DNA of 64,000 nt, from positions 32,001 to 96,000 of IMG/VR virus record IMGVR_UViG_3300038679_000357; one strand, 5' to 3'. The position numbers and the translations under genes were made by a program. Position 1 is the first letter of the stretch, and every line of letters starts with the position of its first letter. The notes under the pieces are model-generated. The model was given only the letters and a program-made list of their open reading frames with translations, was not told the DNA's origin and made no database searches. The stretch is from a virus (taxonomy: Duplodnaviria; Caudoviricetes). This document shows, in pieces, positions 26,921 to 36,631 of the stretch.

Positions 26921-27661
26921 TTACATCGGCACAACAGCAGATGCGACGAAACGTAAATAATCAATGCATTTTTTAGAACTTACGACAACAGAGTAATTTA
27001 CATAATCTCCATCGCATCTTTTACCGATAAGTGAATACGCATTACTGGGGAGTCCAACGTCTTTTTTTATTGCATCTTCAGGGGATTGACCAGACAACTT
27101 CACACTGCCGCTATATTCACGTCGCCGACTCATAGATGAGGAGCCATTCATCAAATCAGTAAAGAAATCAACGAGTATCCAACTACGTGAAGCAAGATAA
27201 TTTGTAACTGCCCGAACATCTACATTATTCATCCAGACGTCAGACTCGTCAGGAATAACGTCATGATACGTCATTCCTTCTCCATCTCCATCAACATCAT
27301 CATCCATTCTTACGAATACAGACTCTGGGTTCATCTCACTCTCCATCGTAGTACGTTTCTTTCGATTCTTTCCCTTCAACATGTTGGCAACGTGGTTAAT
27401 TACAGCCGTATAAAAATACGTATTGAACGACTTATGACTTTTTTGCCCTTTTCCATTATTGGCATACTGCAAAACAGACTTCATGAAAACGCACTTAAAT
27501 TCAGAATCCATATCCTCTGCAACGAAATGGTATTTTGACGCTAAGAATCTTATAGTTGGGACCCGGTTGGTGAACACTTCGTTCAAAATGTCCGGATCTC
27601 CAGTCTGTTGATACTCAATGACTAGCTCACTCTCTCTCTTCCGATCGATGCCGAATTTCAT
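26921..27661 (-). CDS. Sigma-70-family factor (region 2 recognisable, no canonical region 4)
   Basis: ELVIEYQQTGD...IRFLASKY...EDMDSE...KSFNTYFYTAVINHV; the C-terminus is not region-4-like. Confidence 0.7.
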   Translation of the reverse strand: MKFGIDRKRESELVIEYQQTGDPDILNEVFTNRVPTIRFLASKYHFVAEDMDSEFKCVFMKSVLQYANNGKGQKSHKSFNTYFYTAVINHVANMLKGKNRKKRTTMESEMNPESVFVRMDDDVDGDGEGMTYHDVIPDESDVWMNNVDVRAVTNYLASRSWILVDFFTDLMNGSSSMSRRREYSGSVKLSGQSPEDAIKKDVGLPSNAYSLIGKRCDGDYVNYSVVVSSKKCIDYLRFVASAVVPM

Positions 27662-28295
27662 CTCGTTCACTATCAGCCTCTCTTGCCATGTATTCAATAC
27701 ACATATCGCTGAACCGGCAACCATGGCAATGTTTACCGATTACGGCTTTTTTCTCCCCGCTTGAAATAGATATTAACATGGTTTCTCTCGCCAATCTAAG
27801 TATCTCTCTCAGGATCGCATAACCTTCCTTCACCTGTGGAGATACTGAAAGACAACTTGTAATCCCGCCATCATCACGAACGTGTATCATAACAGCATTC
27901 CAAATTCCAGACAGATACATGCACGCAATTGTTTCCTGTTCATCGATATGGAGATTCCCTCCGTCTCGGAAAAATTTGACAATTGATTTTTCTCCAGCAT
28001 ATGAAATGACTGCATCGATTAGCACCGTAATATAGTCATTATCGTCAGAAAGAACGATGGTTGCGGTAGATATAGAAAAATTAGTATCCAACAATCGGCT
28101 CTTATACTGAAGTTTCCACTCTTCCTCCTCTTTTCTCACCTCCACGCCACGTGAAAGACATGCTCTTTTTTGGCACGTCAACAAATCGCCGACCTGTGGA
28201 TGAGGGAGAATAATGACTTTTTCCATGAAGGCTTTTTCGACTTCTATGGAAAAGGCACTCTTACGAGAATAAGAAGGAACCGACTCCACTATCAC
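27627..28295 (-). CDS. PD-(D/E)XK / Cas4-AddB-like nuclease, possibly degenerate
   Basis: N-terminal Cys (TCQKR), IDAVI, C-terminal HCHGCRFSDMC; no acidic residue before the Lys in SIVKF. Confidence 0.5.
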   Translation of the reverse strand: MIVESVPSYSRKSAFSIEVEKAFMEKVIILPHPQVGDLLTCQKRACLSRGVEVRKEEEEWKLQYKSRLLDTNFSISTATIVLSDDNDYITVLIDAVISYAGEKSIVKFFRDGGNLHIDEQETIACMYLSGIWNAVMIHVRDDGGITSCLSVSPQVKEGYAILREILRLARETMLISISSGEKKAVIGKHCHGCRFSDMCIEYMAREADSERDEIRHRSEERE

Positions 28296-29070
28296 TCTCT
28301 TTCTTTATGTTCCTCTCCATTGAGAGGAATTCCTGCAGGCTATGATCCATAACAAACTCATCAGGATCATACGCCGTACCATCACCCTTCAATGGAAGGA
28401 CGATTGCAGAAAGTTTATCAAACTCACCGGATACATTAAATGTTTCCACTAATCTCTTTAATCCTGACTGACCGCCGCCTTCTTTGCCATTTTTCATTGG
28501 ATCAGTATCAAAACATACGCACAACCTATTACAATACCTCAATATTACTCCAGCTTGCATATGAGTCAAGGTAATTCCCATGATTGACACAGAATTTTTT
28601 AACCCAGCTTGAAATAAGTACATTCGATCAACATACCCCTCAAAAAGATACACTTTATTTCGATGAAATACTTCATTTCTGGCAGAATCCATCCCATAAA
28701 TATAAGCTTCTTTCCTAAAAGGGGTATTCCACCACCCTTTTTCTTTAGCTACAATTGACCTGGTTGCCACCGCAACAATCTCGCCAGAGTCATCCCTTAT
28801 TGGAACAATCATCTTATTTAACATTTTATCAGCAAGATAATCCGCACCAAATCCCCATGCATCTTCTGGCTCCGGCATATTTGCGACAAAATCACGAAAC
28901 GTGGTTAAGTCGCAATAACCAAGTTTCTCGATTTTTACAATGTCTACGGACAACCCGCGTTCAACCGTAATATAGTTGAACGCGGGTTTACATGTGCGTA
29001 GAGACTCGTGAGAATTACTGACCAGGGTCTTCAAGCAACCCTTGATCATCTGGCGTAGATCCTTCTGCAT
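28261..29070 (-). CDS. dnaG: DNA primase catalytic (TOPRIM) domain lacking the Zn-binding domain
   Basis: Y...RGL...LGY, IVPIRD..GEIVA...R, FEGYVD, GITLT, FDTD...G; no N-terminal CHC2. Confidence 0.85.
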   Translation of the reverse strand: MQKDLRQMIKGCLKTLVSNSHESLRTCKPAFNYITVERGLSVDIVKIEKLGYCDLTTFRDFVANMPEPEDAWGFGADYLADKMLNKMIVPIRDDSGEIVAVATRSIVAKEKGWWNTPFRKEAYIYGMDSARNEVFHRNKVYLFEGYVDRMYLFQAGLKNSVSIMGITLTHMQAGVILRYCNRLCVCFDTDPMKNGKEGGGQSGLKRLVETFNVSGEFDKLSAIVLPLKGDGTAYDPDEFVMDHSLQEFLSMERNIKKESDSGVGSFLFS

Positions 29071-30157
29071 TACTGTCTTCCACGATGTTTTCTACACTAT
29101 CTGGCACTGCGTCTTTCTGGACCGGAGAAACGACTTTCTCTCCCTTCACCTTAGCAAGTAACGCCTTTTCGATACTGGCGTACAACTTTGGATCATTTCG
29201 GATAGTGTCTTTTGTTTGGTCTCTTCCCTGTCCAAGCTGATCGCTTCCATAAGAGAACCAAGCACCTCTCTTCTCAACAATTTCATTCTCAATCGCCATA
29301 TCGATAATATTGCCAGCTTTATCGATGCCGTTCGGAAATATGATGTCGAATTCAGCGATACGGAACGGTGCAGCCAATTTGTTTTTGACGATCTTGATCC
29401 TTGTATGGAATCCGGTTGGACGATCCTTCTCTCCAAGAGCCTCTTTTCTCCTGATATCCATGCGAATTGACGCATAAAACTTCAGGGCGTTACCGCCTGT
29501 GGTTGTCTCAGGATTACCAAACATAACGCCGATTTTTTCGCGGATCTGGTTGGTGAAAATCAAACATGTACTAGATTGAGCCACCGCGCTGGTCAATTTC
29601 CTTAGCGCCTGGGACATGAGACGGGCGTGTAAGCCAACATGACTATCGCCCATTGAACCTTCGATTTCAGCACGAGGAACGAGAGCGGCAACGGAATCTA
29701 CAACGACAACGGAAAAAACACCGGAACGAACCATCATTTCAACGATATTTAATGCATCTTCGCCACAATCTGGTTGAGAAACGACAAGTCGATTTATATC
29801 AACGCCAATAAATGTTGCATACTGCGGGTCAAGAGCATGTTCTGTATCAACGATAGCGCACCTTCCGCCAGCAGCTTGCGCACGCTCAATCACTGTAAGA
29901 CATACGGTGGTTTTGCCGCTTGACTCAGGTCCATATATCTCAACAACACGACCACGTGGGAATCCGCCTACCCCCAACGCCATGTCAAGAGAAAAAACAC
30001 CAGTTGGAATCGAAGAGCAGCTTACCGCCCCCTTGGAACCAAGGGACATAACTGACCCTTTCCCAAATTCTTTCTCAATTTGAGACATTACTGCTTGATA
30101 CTTGGCGTCTTCTGGAGACAACTCTTCAGACTTCTTTTGATCTTTTTTCGCTGCCAT
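29015..30157 (-). CDS. recA: RecA recombinase
   Basis: [63 protein letters not shown]. Confidence 0.98.
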   Translation of the reverse strand: MAAKKDQKKSEELSPEDAKYQAVMSQIEKEFGKGSVMSLGSKGAVSCSSIPTGVFSLDMALGVGGFPRGRVVEIYGPESSGKTTVCLTVIERAQAAGGRCAIVDTEHALDPQYATFIGVDINRLVVSQPDCGEDALNIVEMMVRSGVFSVVVVDSVAALVPRAEIEGSMGDSHVGLHARLMSQALRKLTSAVAQSSTCLIFTNQIREKIGVMFGNPETTTGGNALKFYASIRMDIRRKEALGEKDRPTGFHTRIKIVKNKLAAPFRIAEFDIIFPNGIDKAGNIIDMAIENEIVEKRGAWFSYGSDQLGQGRDQTKDTIRNDPKLYASIEKALLAKVKGEKVVSPVQKDAVPDSVENIVEDSNAEGSTPDDQGLLEDPGQ

Positions 30158-30171
30158 ACAATCTCCTCGTG

Positions 30172-30208
30172 AGTAAAAAAAAACATGGGGCGTGTTTTCA
30201 CGCCCCAT
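30172..30208 (-). terminator. Intrinsic terminator between SSB and recA
   Basis: Stem ATGGGGCGTG-TTTT-CACGCCCCAT (30185-30208) followed by T8 on the minus strand. Confidence 0.8.
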
Positions 30209-30224
30209 TTTGGATCACTACAAG

Positions 30225-31061
30225 CTAAAACAATGTCTTAGCCGATCCAGATTCATCGCCCTCGTCGTCATCAAGAGCTTTTCCATATTCACTCTCGGTG
30301 GCATGATCAGTTGTTTCCTCATCAAACTTCACGCCACCAGTTGTGCTGGTGCTTGCTCCGGAAGAGGAGGTGCCGTTAGCGGCAGCGACTCGGCTTGCCT
30401 TACGTGCCTTATACCAATCTCCAGAGCCAGGAATAATCTTGCTCTCAGGATCTTTAAGGTAAGCTTCGTAAAGTTCGGCGATCTCTTCGGGAGACTTCGG
30501 CTGACGAAGAACGCTGAGTGGGTTCTCCTGAATAAACTTTTCAACCCTTTCCCTTTCTTCCTTGGTCAAAGGAGTAACTTCGGCGGGAAGAAGAGTATAG
30601 CGCGTTTGCAGTTTGCCAGCTTCGCCCTTCGTAACTTTACACTGAAGAACCCAGTCGCACCCATTATCATAATCACGGGGCATCGTTCCGCCATGCATTT
30701 CCATCCACGTCATCATAGTGTCGAGATGAGTCTTGTTAAAATCCCAGGCATTGAGAATGCCATCAGCACGGTTGATAACATAGACGGTATACGATTTCTT
30801 TGGCTTGAATCCACCTTCGCGCCAGCAGATATCATTGTCCTTTCCGGGGCTGATTGCTTGAATCGGCGAGAAATAACGCCAGAATTCAATCATTTTGGAG
30901 ACAATCCGGAAACGAACAGACTGATTTTGAGCTGGCTTGATATATGGGACGCTCAAGAAGCGCCTACCGCCTTCACCGGCGTCACGCTTCTTTTGGCGAT
31001 CAACAACAACATCCCAGTCAACCTCTCCTCCGATCGGAGGACGCTTTGCAGTATCTGACAT
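30225..31061 (-). CDS. Phage ssDNA-binding protein (gp32-like)
   Basis: Aromatic-rich core (FRIV, FWRYF, YTVYVINR, G.D..L...VTK...TRY); acidic tail ending in LF; adjacent to recA. Confidence 0.65.
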   Translation of the reverse strand: MSDTAKRPPIGGEVDWDVVVDRQKKRDAGEGGRRFLSVPYIKPAQNQSVRFRIVSKMIEFWRYFSPIQAISPGKDNDICWREGGFKPKKSYTVYVINRADGILNAWDFNKTHLDTMMTWMEMHGGTMPRDYDNGCDWVLQCKVTKGEAGKLQTRYTLLPAEVTPLTKEERERVEKFIQENPLSVLRQPKSPEEIAELYEAYLKDPESKIIPGSGDWYKARKASRVAAANGTSSSGASTSTTGGVKFDEETTDHATESEYGKALDDDEGDESGSAKTLF

Positions 31062-31210
31062 AACACTACCTCTCTTTCTTTCTTTTAATCCGCAGTTCTC
31101 GCGTAAGAATACACTATGCGGGTTTTTCTGCACCGCGACACCATATCGCAGCGCCTCACAATTAAAGATACCGTCGAAGAATTCTCATTCAATTGAAAAT
31201 GAATGAAAAA

Positions 31211-31804
31211 TTAAAAGATTTCTCTTGCTGGAGTATTTTCATCATTTGATGAATCACTATTCTCAAAAAGCTCATCCATTCGTCCCTTTCGCACTTGTGA
31301 TGAAGAATCGGGGGAAGTTGAAAATCGATGTGATCCACCAAAATTATTCATGAGCAACTGCATACAAGTAACAACTCGCGACAACGACTCATGACGACTA
31401 TCAAGATTTTTCATTTTGCTAATGCAATACTTATAAAAAGCTTCCGATCTCGCTTTAGCGAAGTGATAATCAGAAGCCAACATTGCAGCTTCTCCCTTAC
31501 GTTTATCGGCGCTAGACTGCGTTGCAGCAGCGGCAGCGGCATTAATCATCATATCGCTAATTTGATCGACAAGAGCGTACTCAGACTGAGCGTCCGCCGC
31601 GATCTCAGAAACGCGATCCTTCACTGCTTGAACTCTTGCGATCATTGCAGCGGCATCAGTAACGCTTAACGACACTGTTTGCGATCCAAGTCCTGCCTGC
31701 AGGAGGTCAATCTCCTTTTTCATGGCGGCAATATCTTCGTCGGTCTTACAACCTGAAAGAACAATATTCGCCCTAGACTTCAAAGAATCAAAAGTCGTAG
31801 CCAT
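31211..31804 (-). CDS. Coiled-coil protein, possibly UvsY-like recombination mediator
   Basis: Helical 197-aa protein in an SSB-recA neighbourhood; the assignment rests on context. Confidence 0.4.
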   Translation of the reverse strand: MATTFDSLKSRANIVLSGCKTDEDIAAMKKEIDLLQAGLGSQTVSLSVTDAAAMIARVQAVKDRVSEIAADAQSEYALVDQISDMMINAAAAAATQSSADKRKGEAAMLASDYHFAKARSEAFYKYCISKMKNLDSRHESLSRVVTCMQLLMNNFGGSHRFSTSPDSSSQVRKGRMDELFENSDSSNDENTPAREIF

Positions 31805-31813
31805 ATAACACCA

Positions 31814-32206
31814 TTAAGTCAAAGACAATGTAATCCCGTCGTCCGAGGCAGTTAAAGTGGTCTTTTCTTCTGTCGGAGCGCTTCCTTCAACGTAAATGGC
31901 GGTATATTCTCTGTCGTTAACCTGGACGATTTTATCGAGAATCAAGTCAACGGTCTTTCCGTCTACAATCATCTTAAACGAAAATGAGTGAAGACTCTTC
32001 AATTCCTTGAACTTTTCTACCGTAGGAGACTCACACATTCCAGGAATTTCAACTTTGACTTCCCGGACGCCGGTTTCTTCATTTCTCCCAGATATGATGT
32101 TATAACTATTCAGGTAATTGAAAGCAGCGGCGTGAGAGAACACGGCTGCAAACGACTCTTCAACCTCGAAATCACTGTAATTATCCAACTTCTTATCTCT
32201 TGCCAT
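31814..32206 (-). CDS. Hypothetical protein
   Basis: 130-aa ORF with SD GGAG. Confidence 0.7.
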   Translation of the reverse strand: MARDKKLDNYSDFEVEESFAAVFSHAAAFNYLNSYNIISGRNEETGVREVKVEIPGMCESPTVEKFKELKSLHSFSFKMIVDGKTVDLILDKIVQVNDREYTAIYVEGSAPTEEKTTLTASDDGITLSLT

Positions 32207-32282
32207 ATGTATATGTCTCCTTTAGTCAATTGTTGATTGACGCTTCACGACACAAGATATAGAGCGTTTAATCTCTTTCAAC

Positions 32283-34118
32283 TCACAAACCTAAAAGATC
32301 TGTAATGGACGGCGCTCCATCATATCCACTTTCATCAACTTTTGAGGCTTTTTTCTCTTTCTTAAATGCAAGGAGATACGCCACCATTTCATCTCGCGAC
32401 ATATCAAATATTTTCATCGCGCCTCCATCACTCAATAACTCAATGATTTTCTTGGAGACCTTACTGTTTTTTGTCAAAAATTCTCTAAAATCAGCATATG
32501 GCTGATTGTCTATTACCTGCCTTACGGCGATGTCTCCGACGCCTTTTAGGAAAGTTAATGGAGTACGAATTGCGCGACCTTCGATCGTGAATATTTCCTT
32601 ACTATGATTGATATCCGGAGCAAGAAGGGGGATTTTTAACACGGTACTCGTTTCAATCATATACCTTTCTAAACTTTTATCACCAATATTGGCAGACATA
32701 AGAGCACACATATACTCAATCGTGTAGTATCTCTTCAAGTAGGCGGTTTGATAAACAAGAAACGCATAACATGCAGCATGTGAGCGGTTAAACCCATAAC
32801 CACCAAACATTTCTATCTTGTTCCAGGTGTCTAGGGCAACGCTCTCTAAAATTCCATTTGACAAACAGCCAGAAACAAACTTCCCCTTCATTTCAGCCAT
32901 CAATTCCATATTCTTTTTACCGATAGCCTTACGTAATTTATCGGCTTCTGACGAGGTAAATCCCGCCATCGATTTCGATAAATTCATAATCTGTTCCTGA
33001 TATACGATCATACTATAAGTCGGACTCAGAACGGCTTTCATGCTGGGGTGAGCATATTCAATTTTCATCTTCCCCAATTTATAGTCGCAATAAAACTCAT
33101 TCACCTTCGCCCTCAATGGTCCTGGGCGGTAAATAGCGTTAGCAGCAACTATATCTTCAAAAGAATCGACATGCATTTGTTTAAGCAACTTCGTCATTCC
33201 GTAACTTTCAACCTGAAAAATACCGTTGGTAATACCGGCATTAAGCATTTTGAAAACTTCTGCGTCATTTGGTTCAAGAGCATCGATATCAAACTTAACG
33301 CCATGACGCTCTTCAATCATTTTCATTGTACGATCAACAACAGAAAGCATCTTTAACGCAAGAATATCAAACTTTAACAACCCGATATATTCAACTTCAT
33401 CCTTATCGAACTGAGAGCAAACAACTCCCTTAGACGCCCTCATCGGAGTTAATTCTTTGACTTTCTTATTACTAACAACAATACCTGCGGCATGAACACC
33501 GCCGCTTGATACCCGTCCTTCAATCTTCTTACACGCCCTTGCATACGCTGGATATTTCTTCATAATGGCAGAAAGCTCGGGAGACGCCTCAATAGCTTCT
33601 TCCAACGTAGCAGCCTTTGAATCTGCCATCTTCGCTATTGCATCAGACATCTCCATTGTGCCCTTGCCAGTTTTATTTCCGGCAATCCAATCATTTGCCA
33701 GATCCATCACCTTGGCAACATGTCTTAGCGCAGCGCGTGACTTCAATACATTGTACGTACCGATATTACACGTGTATTCAGCTCCATACGTCTGAATCAA
33801 GTAGTTATACACTTCATCGCGACGGAAATAATCAAAATCCATATCGACATCAGGAGGAGAGACACGAGCTGGAGCCATAGTTTCACTTGGGCGGAAATTG
33901 CCTATCGGCTTGGCTCCAGTCATTCCTGTCCAATACGCTATGTAGGAGTTACATTTATTTCGAGTACCCTTCTTCAACTTACCAGAAAGAAAGTCTTCAT
34001 ACGTTTTTACGAAGTTATCGTAAACTTTGGTGTCTCTCATCCTGCGTTCTTCAATCAAAAATACACTCTCATTGTACTCCGAATGACTTTCACACGCAGT
34101 CTTCAAATCCACGCTCAT
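32283..34118 (-). CDS. dnaE: DNA polymerase III alpha, C-terminal part (palm/fingers/HhH)
   Basis: SPPDVDMDF, GVHAAGIV, KFDILAL, GIFQ.ES, YRPGP, YQEQIM, YGFNRSHA..Y, PDINHS, KGVG; SD GGAGGT. Confidence 0.95.
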   Translation of the reverse strand: MSVDLKTACESHSEYNESVFLIEERRMRDTKVYDNFVKTYEDFLSGKLKKGTRNKCNSYIAYWTGMTGAKPIGNFRPSETMAPARVSPPDVDMDFDYFRRDEVYNYLIQTYGAEYTCNIGTYNVLKSRAALRHVAKVMDLANDWIAGNKTGKGTMEMSDAIAKMADSKAATLEEAIEASPELSAIMKKYPAYARACKKIEGRVSSGGVHAAGIVVSNKKVKELTPMRASKGVVCSQFDKDEVEYIGLLKFDILALKMLSVVDRTMKMIEERHGVKFDIDALEPNDAEVFKMLNAGITNGIFQVESYGMTKLLKQMHVDSFEDIVAANAIYRPGPLRAKVNEFYCDYKLGKMKIEYAHPSMKAVLSPTYSMIVYQEQIMNLSKSMAGFTSSEADKLRKAIGKKNMELMAEMKGKFVSGCLSNGILESVALDTWNKIEMFGGYGFNRSHAACYAFLVYQTAYLKRYYTIEYMCALMSANIGDKSLERYMIETSTVLKIPLLAPDINHSKEIFTIEGRAIRTPLTFLKGVGDIAVRQVIDNQPYADFREFLTKNSKVSKKIIELLSDGGAMKIFDMSRDEMVAYLLAFKKEKKASKVDESGYDGAPSITDLLGL

Positions 34119-35335
34119 ATAACCACCTCCATTCCGAAATCACTCGCATCAATCTTATAGTCAGTTTTCACGGACAGAAATCGCTCAAGCAACAAATCAT
34201 ATTTAATAGGGTCCAGCTTGGTGATTCCAAGAACATAAAGTGCGAGTGAGCCAGCAGCGCTACCACGCCCTGGACCGACACGAATTCCACGCGACTTAGC
34301 ATTTGCGACGAAATCCCATAGAACAAGAAAATACAGAATGTAATCACAAGCCTCAAACACACGCAATTCATATTCCAGACGATCAACATATCGTTCGTCT
34401 TTATCTAGCCCTTTTTCGCGCAATCCGGCAAATACAAGTTGACGGAAAAATTCATTAGGCGGTTGCTTACCGCTGATGTGGGAGCCTGGAATGTAATTGC
34501 CCTTTGTTTTCATTGTGTCAGAATCAATCGACTCTGCGATCTCGACTGTATTTCGTAAATATTCCGGTTTATCCTTAAACAACTCGCACATTTCACTTTC
34601 CGACTTCAAGTAATATTCTGGTTGTTTGAGTCTAAACCTAGATTGATCCTTAACGCACTTTGCCCCCTCAAGACACGTAAAAATATCATGAACGTCAGCA
34701 TCCTCGCGCACTAAGTATCTAACATCGTTTGCGGCGACGCATTTTATTCCCTGAGCCTGGGCAATATCCTCCATTTTTGCCATTACTTCTGCTTCAGCCG
34801 TATCCCCAGGATGTCGAAGAATTTCAAAATATAAATTATCACCAAACAACGATCGATATTTTTTTATTGCTTTCCGAGCTTTATCATATTCATTCATCCA
34901 CACCATTCTTGGTATGTGACTATACATGTTCCCCGTCAAGCAAATCAAACCTTCCGTTCTTCCTTCCAGATACTGGAAGTCAATTCGAGGTTTTCCATAA
35001 AATCCAGTCACAAACGATTCCGTGGATATGTCTAGTAAATTTTTATACCCAACATTGTTCTTTGCCAAAACAACAATCGTCCTTCTTCTCTGTCCATCAC
35101 CTTTTTCCTTAACATTACGATCAGCAACGACCATCAATTCTAAACCAAGAATTGGTTTTATCCCGGCTTTCTCGCAACCAGTAACAAATTTAGGGAATCC
35201 GGCACACGACCCAAGATCGGTTATTGCAATAGCCTTAAACTCCTTGGACTTTGCGGCAGCAACAATTTCTTTGGGCGTTGGCATTGCATGTAGCATACTA
35301 TAATGAGACTTGACGTGTAGGTGTACGAAATCCAT
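34115..35335 (-). CDS. dnaE: DNA polymerase III alpha, N-terminal part (PHP plus start of palm)
   Basis: FVHLHV, AITD.G, KPILGLE, YGKPRID, YLKS..EM, GPGRGSAAGSL..Y.LGIT..DP..Y.L..ERFL. Confidence 0.95.
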   Translation of the reverse strand: MDFVHLHVKSHYSMLHAMPTPKEIVAAAKSKEFKAIAITDLGSCAGFPKFVTGCEKAGIKPILGLELMVVADRNVKEKGDGQRRRTIVVLAKNNVGYKNLLDISTESFVTGFYGKPRIDFQYLEGRTEGLICLTGNMYSHIPRMVWMNEYDKARKAIKKYRSLFGDNLYFEILRHPGDTAEAEVMAKMEDIAQAQGIKCVAANDVRYLVREDADVHDIFTCLEGAKCVKDQSRFRLKQPEYYLKSESEMCELFKDKPEYLRNTVEIAESIDSDTMKTKGNYIPGSHISGKQPPNEFFRQLVFAGLREKGLDKDERYVDRLEYELRVFEACDYILYFLVLWDFVANAKSRGIRVGPGRGSAAGSLALYVLGITKLDPIKYDLLLERFLSVKTDYKIDASDFGMEVVI

Positions 35336-35416
35336 AAGACGACCTCTCTTTCAATAGGACAAACAGAGAACATTTTAGAATACATCATCAGGAAGCTTTT
35401 TCAAGGAAGAAACGAT

Positions 35417-35902
35417 ATGATCCCAGACGACACCGGTAAACCATTTTCCACAATATCTGTCGACATTGCTACGTATGACGGTGGCTATAATACCGGCTAT
35501 AAACATTCAAGGTCAGTCAATCTTAAAAAAGCAAATCCTGGGCAACCGACTGAGCCAGTAGTTATACGCATGTTCGTAAATAATGCCAGAGCAATCAAGA
35601 ATATAAAAATAGCCGTAGTTGAGTCCAATAATATAACCGTTTCATCATCTGGAACGCAAAATCCAGATGGCAGTATGACCGGCGGCAATGCGGGCATTTC
35701 CCACTCAGTGACGCCGTCTATTCCCATAACATCATATTTCAAAGGATACAACACTACTGGAACTCCAACCGACCCGAACAATGTTTCCGTCGAAAATGGT
35801 ACAAAAAACAGCTCTGAATACATCGCACTGAACGTAACAACCCCTAATTTCATCTGCGAAGGATATCTATCCTACAGGTGGTTCTTTGACTTGGTGGAAT
35901 AA
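35417..35902 (+). CDS. Hypothetical beta-rich (virion-type) protein
   Basis: Plus-strand ORF; ATG at 35417 after AAGGAAG; abuts the next gene (TAAATG). Confidence 0.65.
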   Translation: MIPDDTGKPFSTISVDIATYDGGYNTGYKHSRSVNLKKANPGQPTEPVVIRMFVNNARAIKNIKIAVVESNNITVSSSGTQNPDGSMTGGNAGISHSVTPSIPITSYFKGYNTTGTPTDPNNVSVENGTKNSSEYIALNVTTPNFICEGYLSYRWFFDLVE

Positions 35903-36631
35903 ATGTCAATCGATATAAAGACAATACATAGTCTACCCGTTACGTCAGCAGTTTTTCAGCATCTTGGATACGTTTCGTTTTCAGCCGTCAAGCGAGAGAT
36001 GCTATATGCGGTATGGGAATCAGCTCCACTCGATGGAACGGAAGGGCTAATATCTTGGACGTCGTTCAATTTCTCGATCTTGAAAAACTCAAATGCAGAT
36101 ATGATCTACGTATACTGGAAAACATCCGACACAGAAGATATGTCGGCGGAAAAATGGTCAGCTCCAACATCAAATAACTCCGGATCAATCAAGTCAACAA
36201 AAAGATACCTGGCGCTCAGGATCGTCATTAAAACGCCAATTTCCATTCCATATAACTACTATGGCTCCACAATAGGTCCGGTTATAAGCAATCTTACGAT
36301 AGCGGGAGTCGCAACAGAAAACGCCTCGCTGCTCTTTACAAAGACATACGACCTTGGCTTCTTCCCAAAATCAATCGTCACCACAGCAATTGCTGACGTC
36401 CCTGATGGATCTACATTGGATATCGGCATAACAAGTCTCGACAGTATTGATCCAGACGACTATCAATTCATTCCTACAGGATCTGTTGTCAAACTGAATG
36501 AACTGGCAATCACAGGGACCAAACTAAAATTGATGCTGCGAATGTCTGGCAGTGGAGATTCAAAAGTAGTTGTTCATGAATTCGCTGCCATGTTCTCTGG
36601 GGAAGGTCAAATACGACTTAATCAATCCTGA
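35903..36631 (+). CDS. Hypothetical beta-rich (virion-type) protein
   Basis: 242-aa ORF coupled to the previous one; converges with recD2. Confidence 0.7.
   Translation: MSIDIKTIHSLPVTSAVFQHLGYVSFSAVKREMLYAVWESAPLDGTEGLISWTSFNFSILKNSNADMIYVYWKTSDTEDMSAEKWSAPTSNNSGSIKSTKRYLALRIVIKTPISIPYNYYGSTIGPVISNLTIAGVATENASLLFTKTYDLGFFPKSIVTTAIADVPDGSTLDIGITSLDSIDPDDYQFIPTGSVVKLNELAITGTKLKLMLRMSGSGDSKVVVHEFAAMFSGEGQIRLNQS

Noticed and set aside
30192-31058. 288-aa plus-strand ORF
   Set aside because: It is antisense to the SSB-like gene and has no recognisable motifs.
33860-34170. Split intein at the dnaE junction
   Set aside because: No N-terminal Cys/Ser splicing block and no His-Asn before a Cys/Ser/Thr at the junction.
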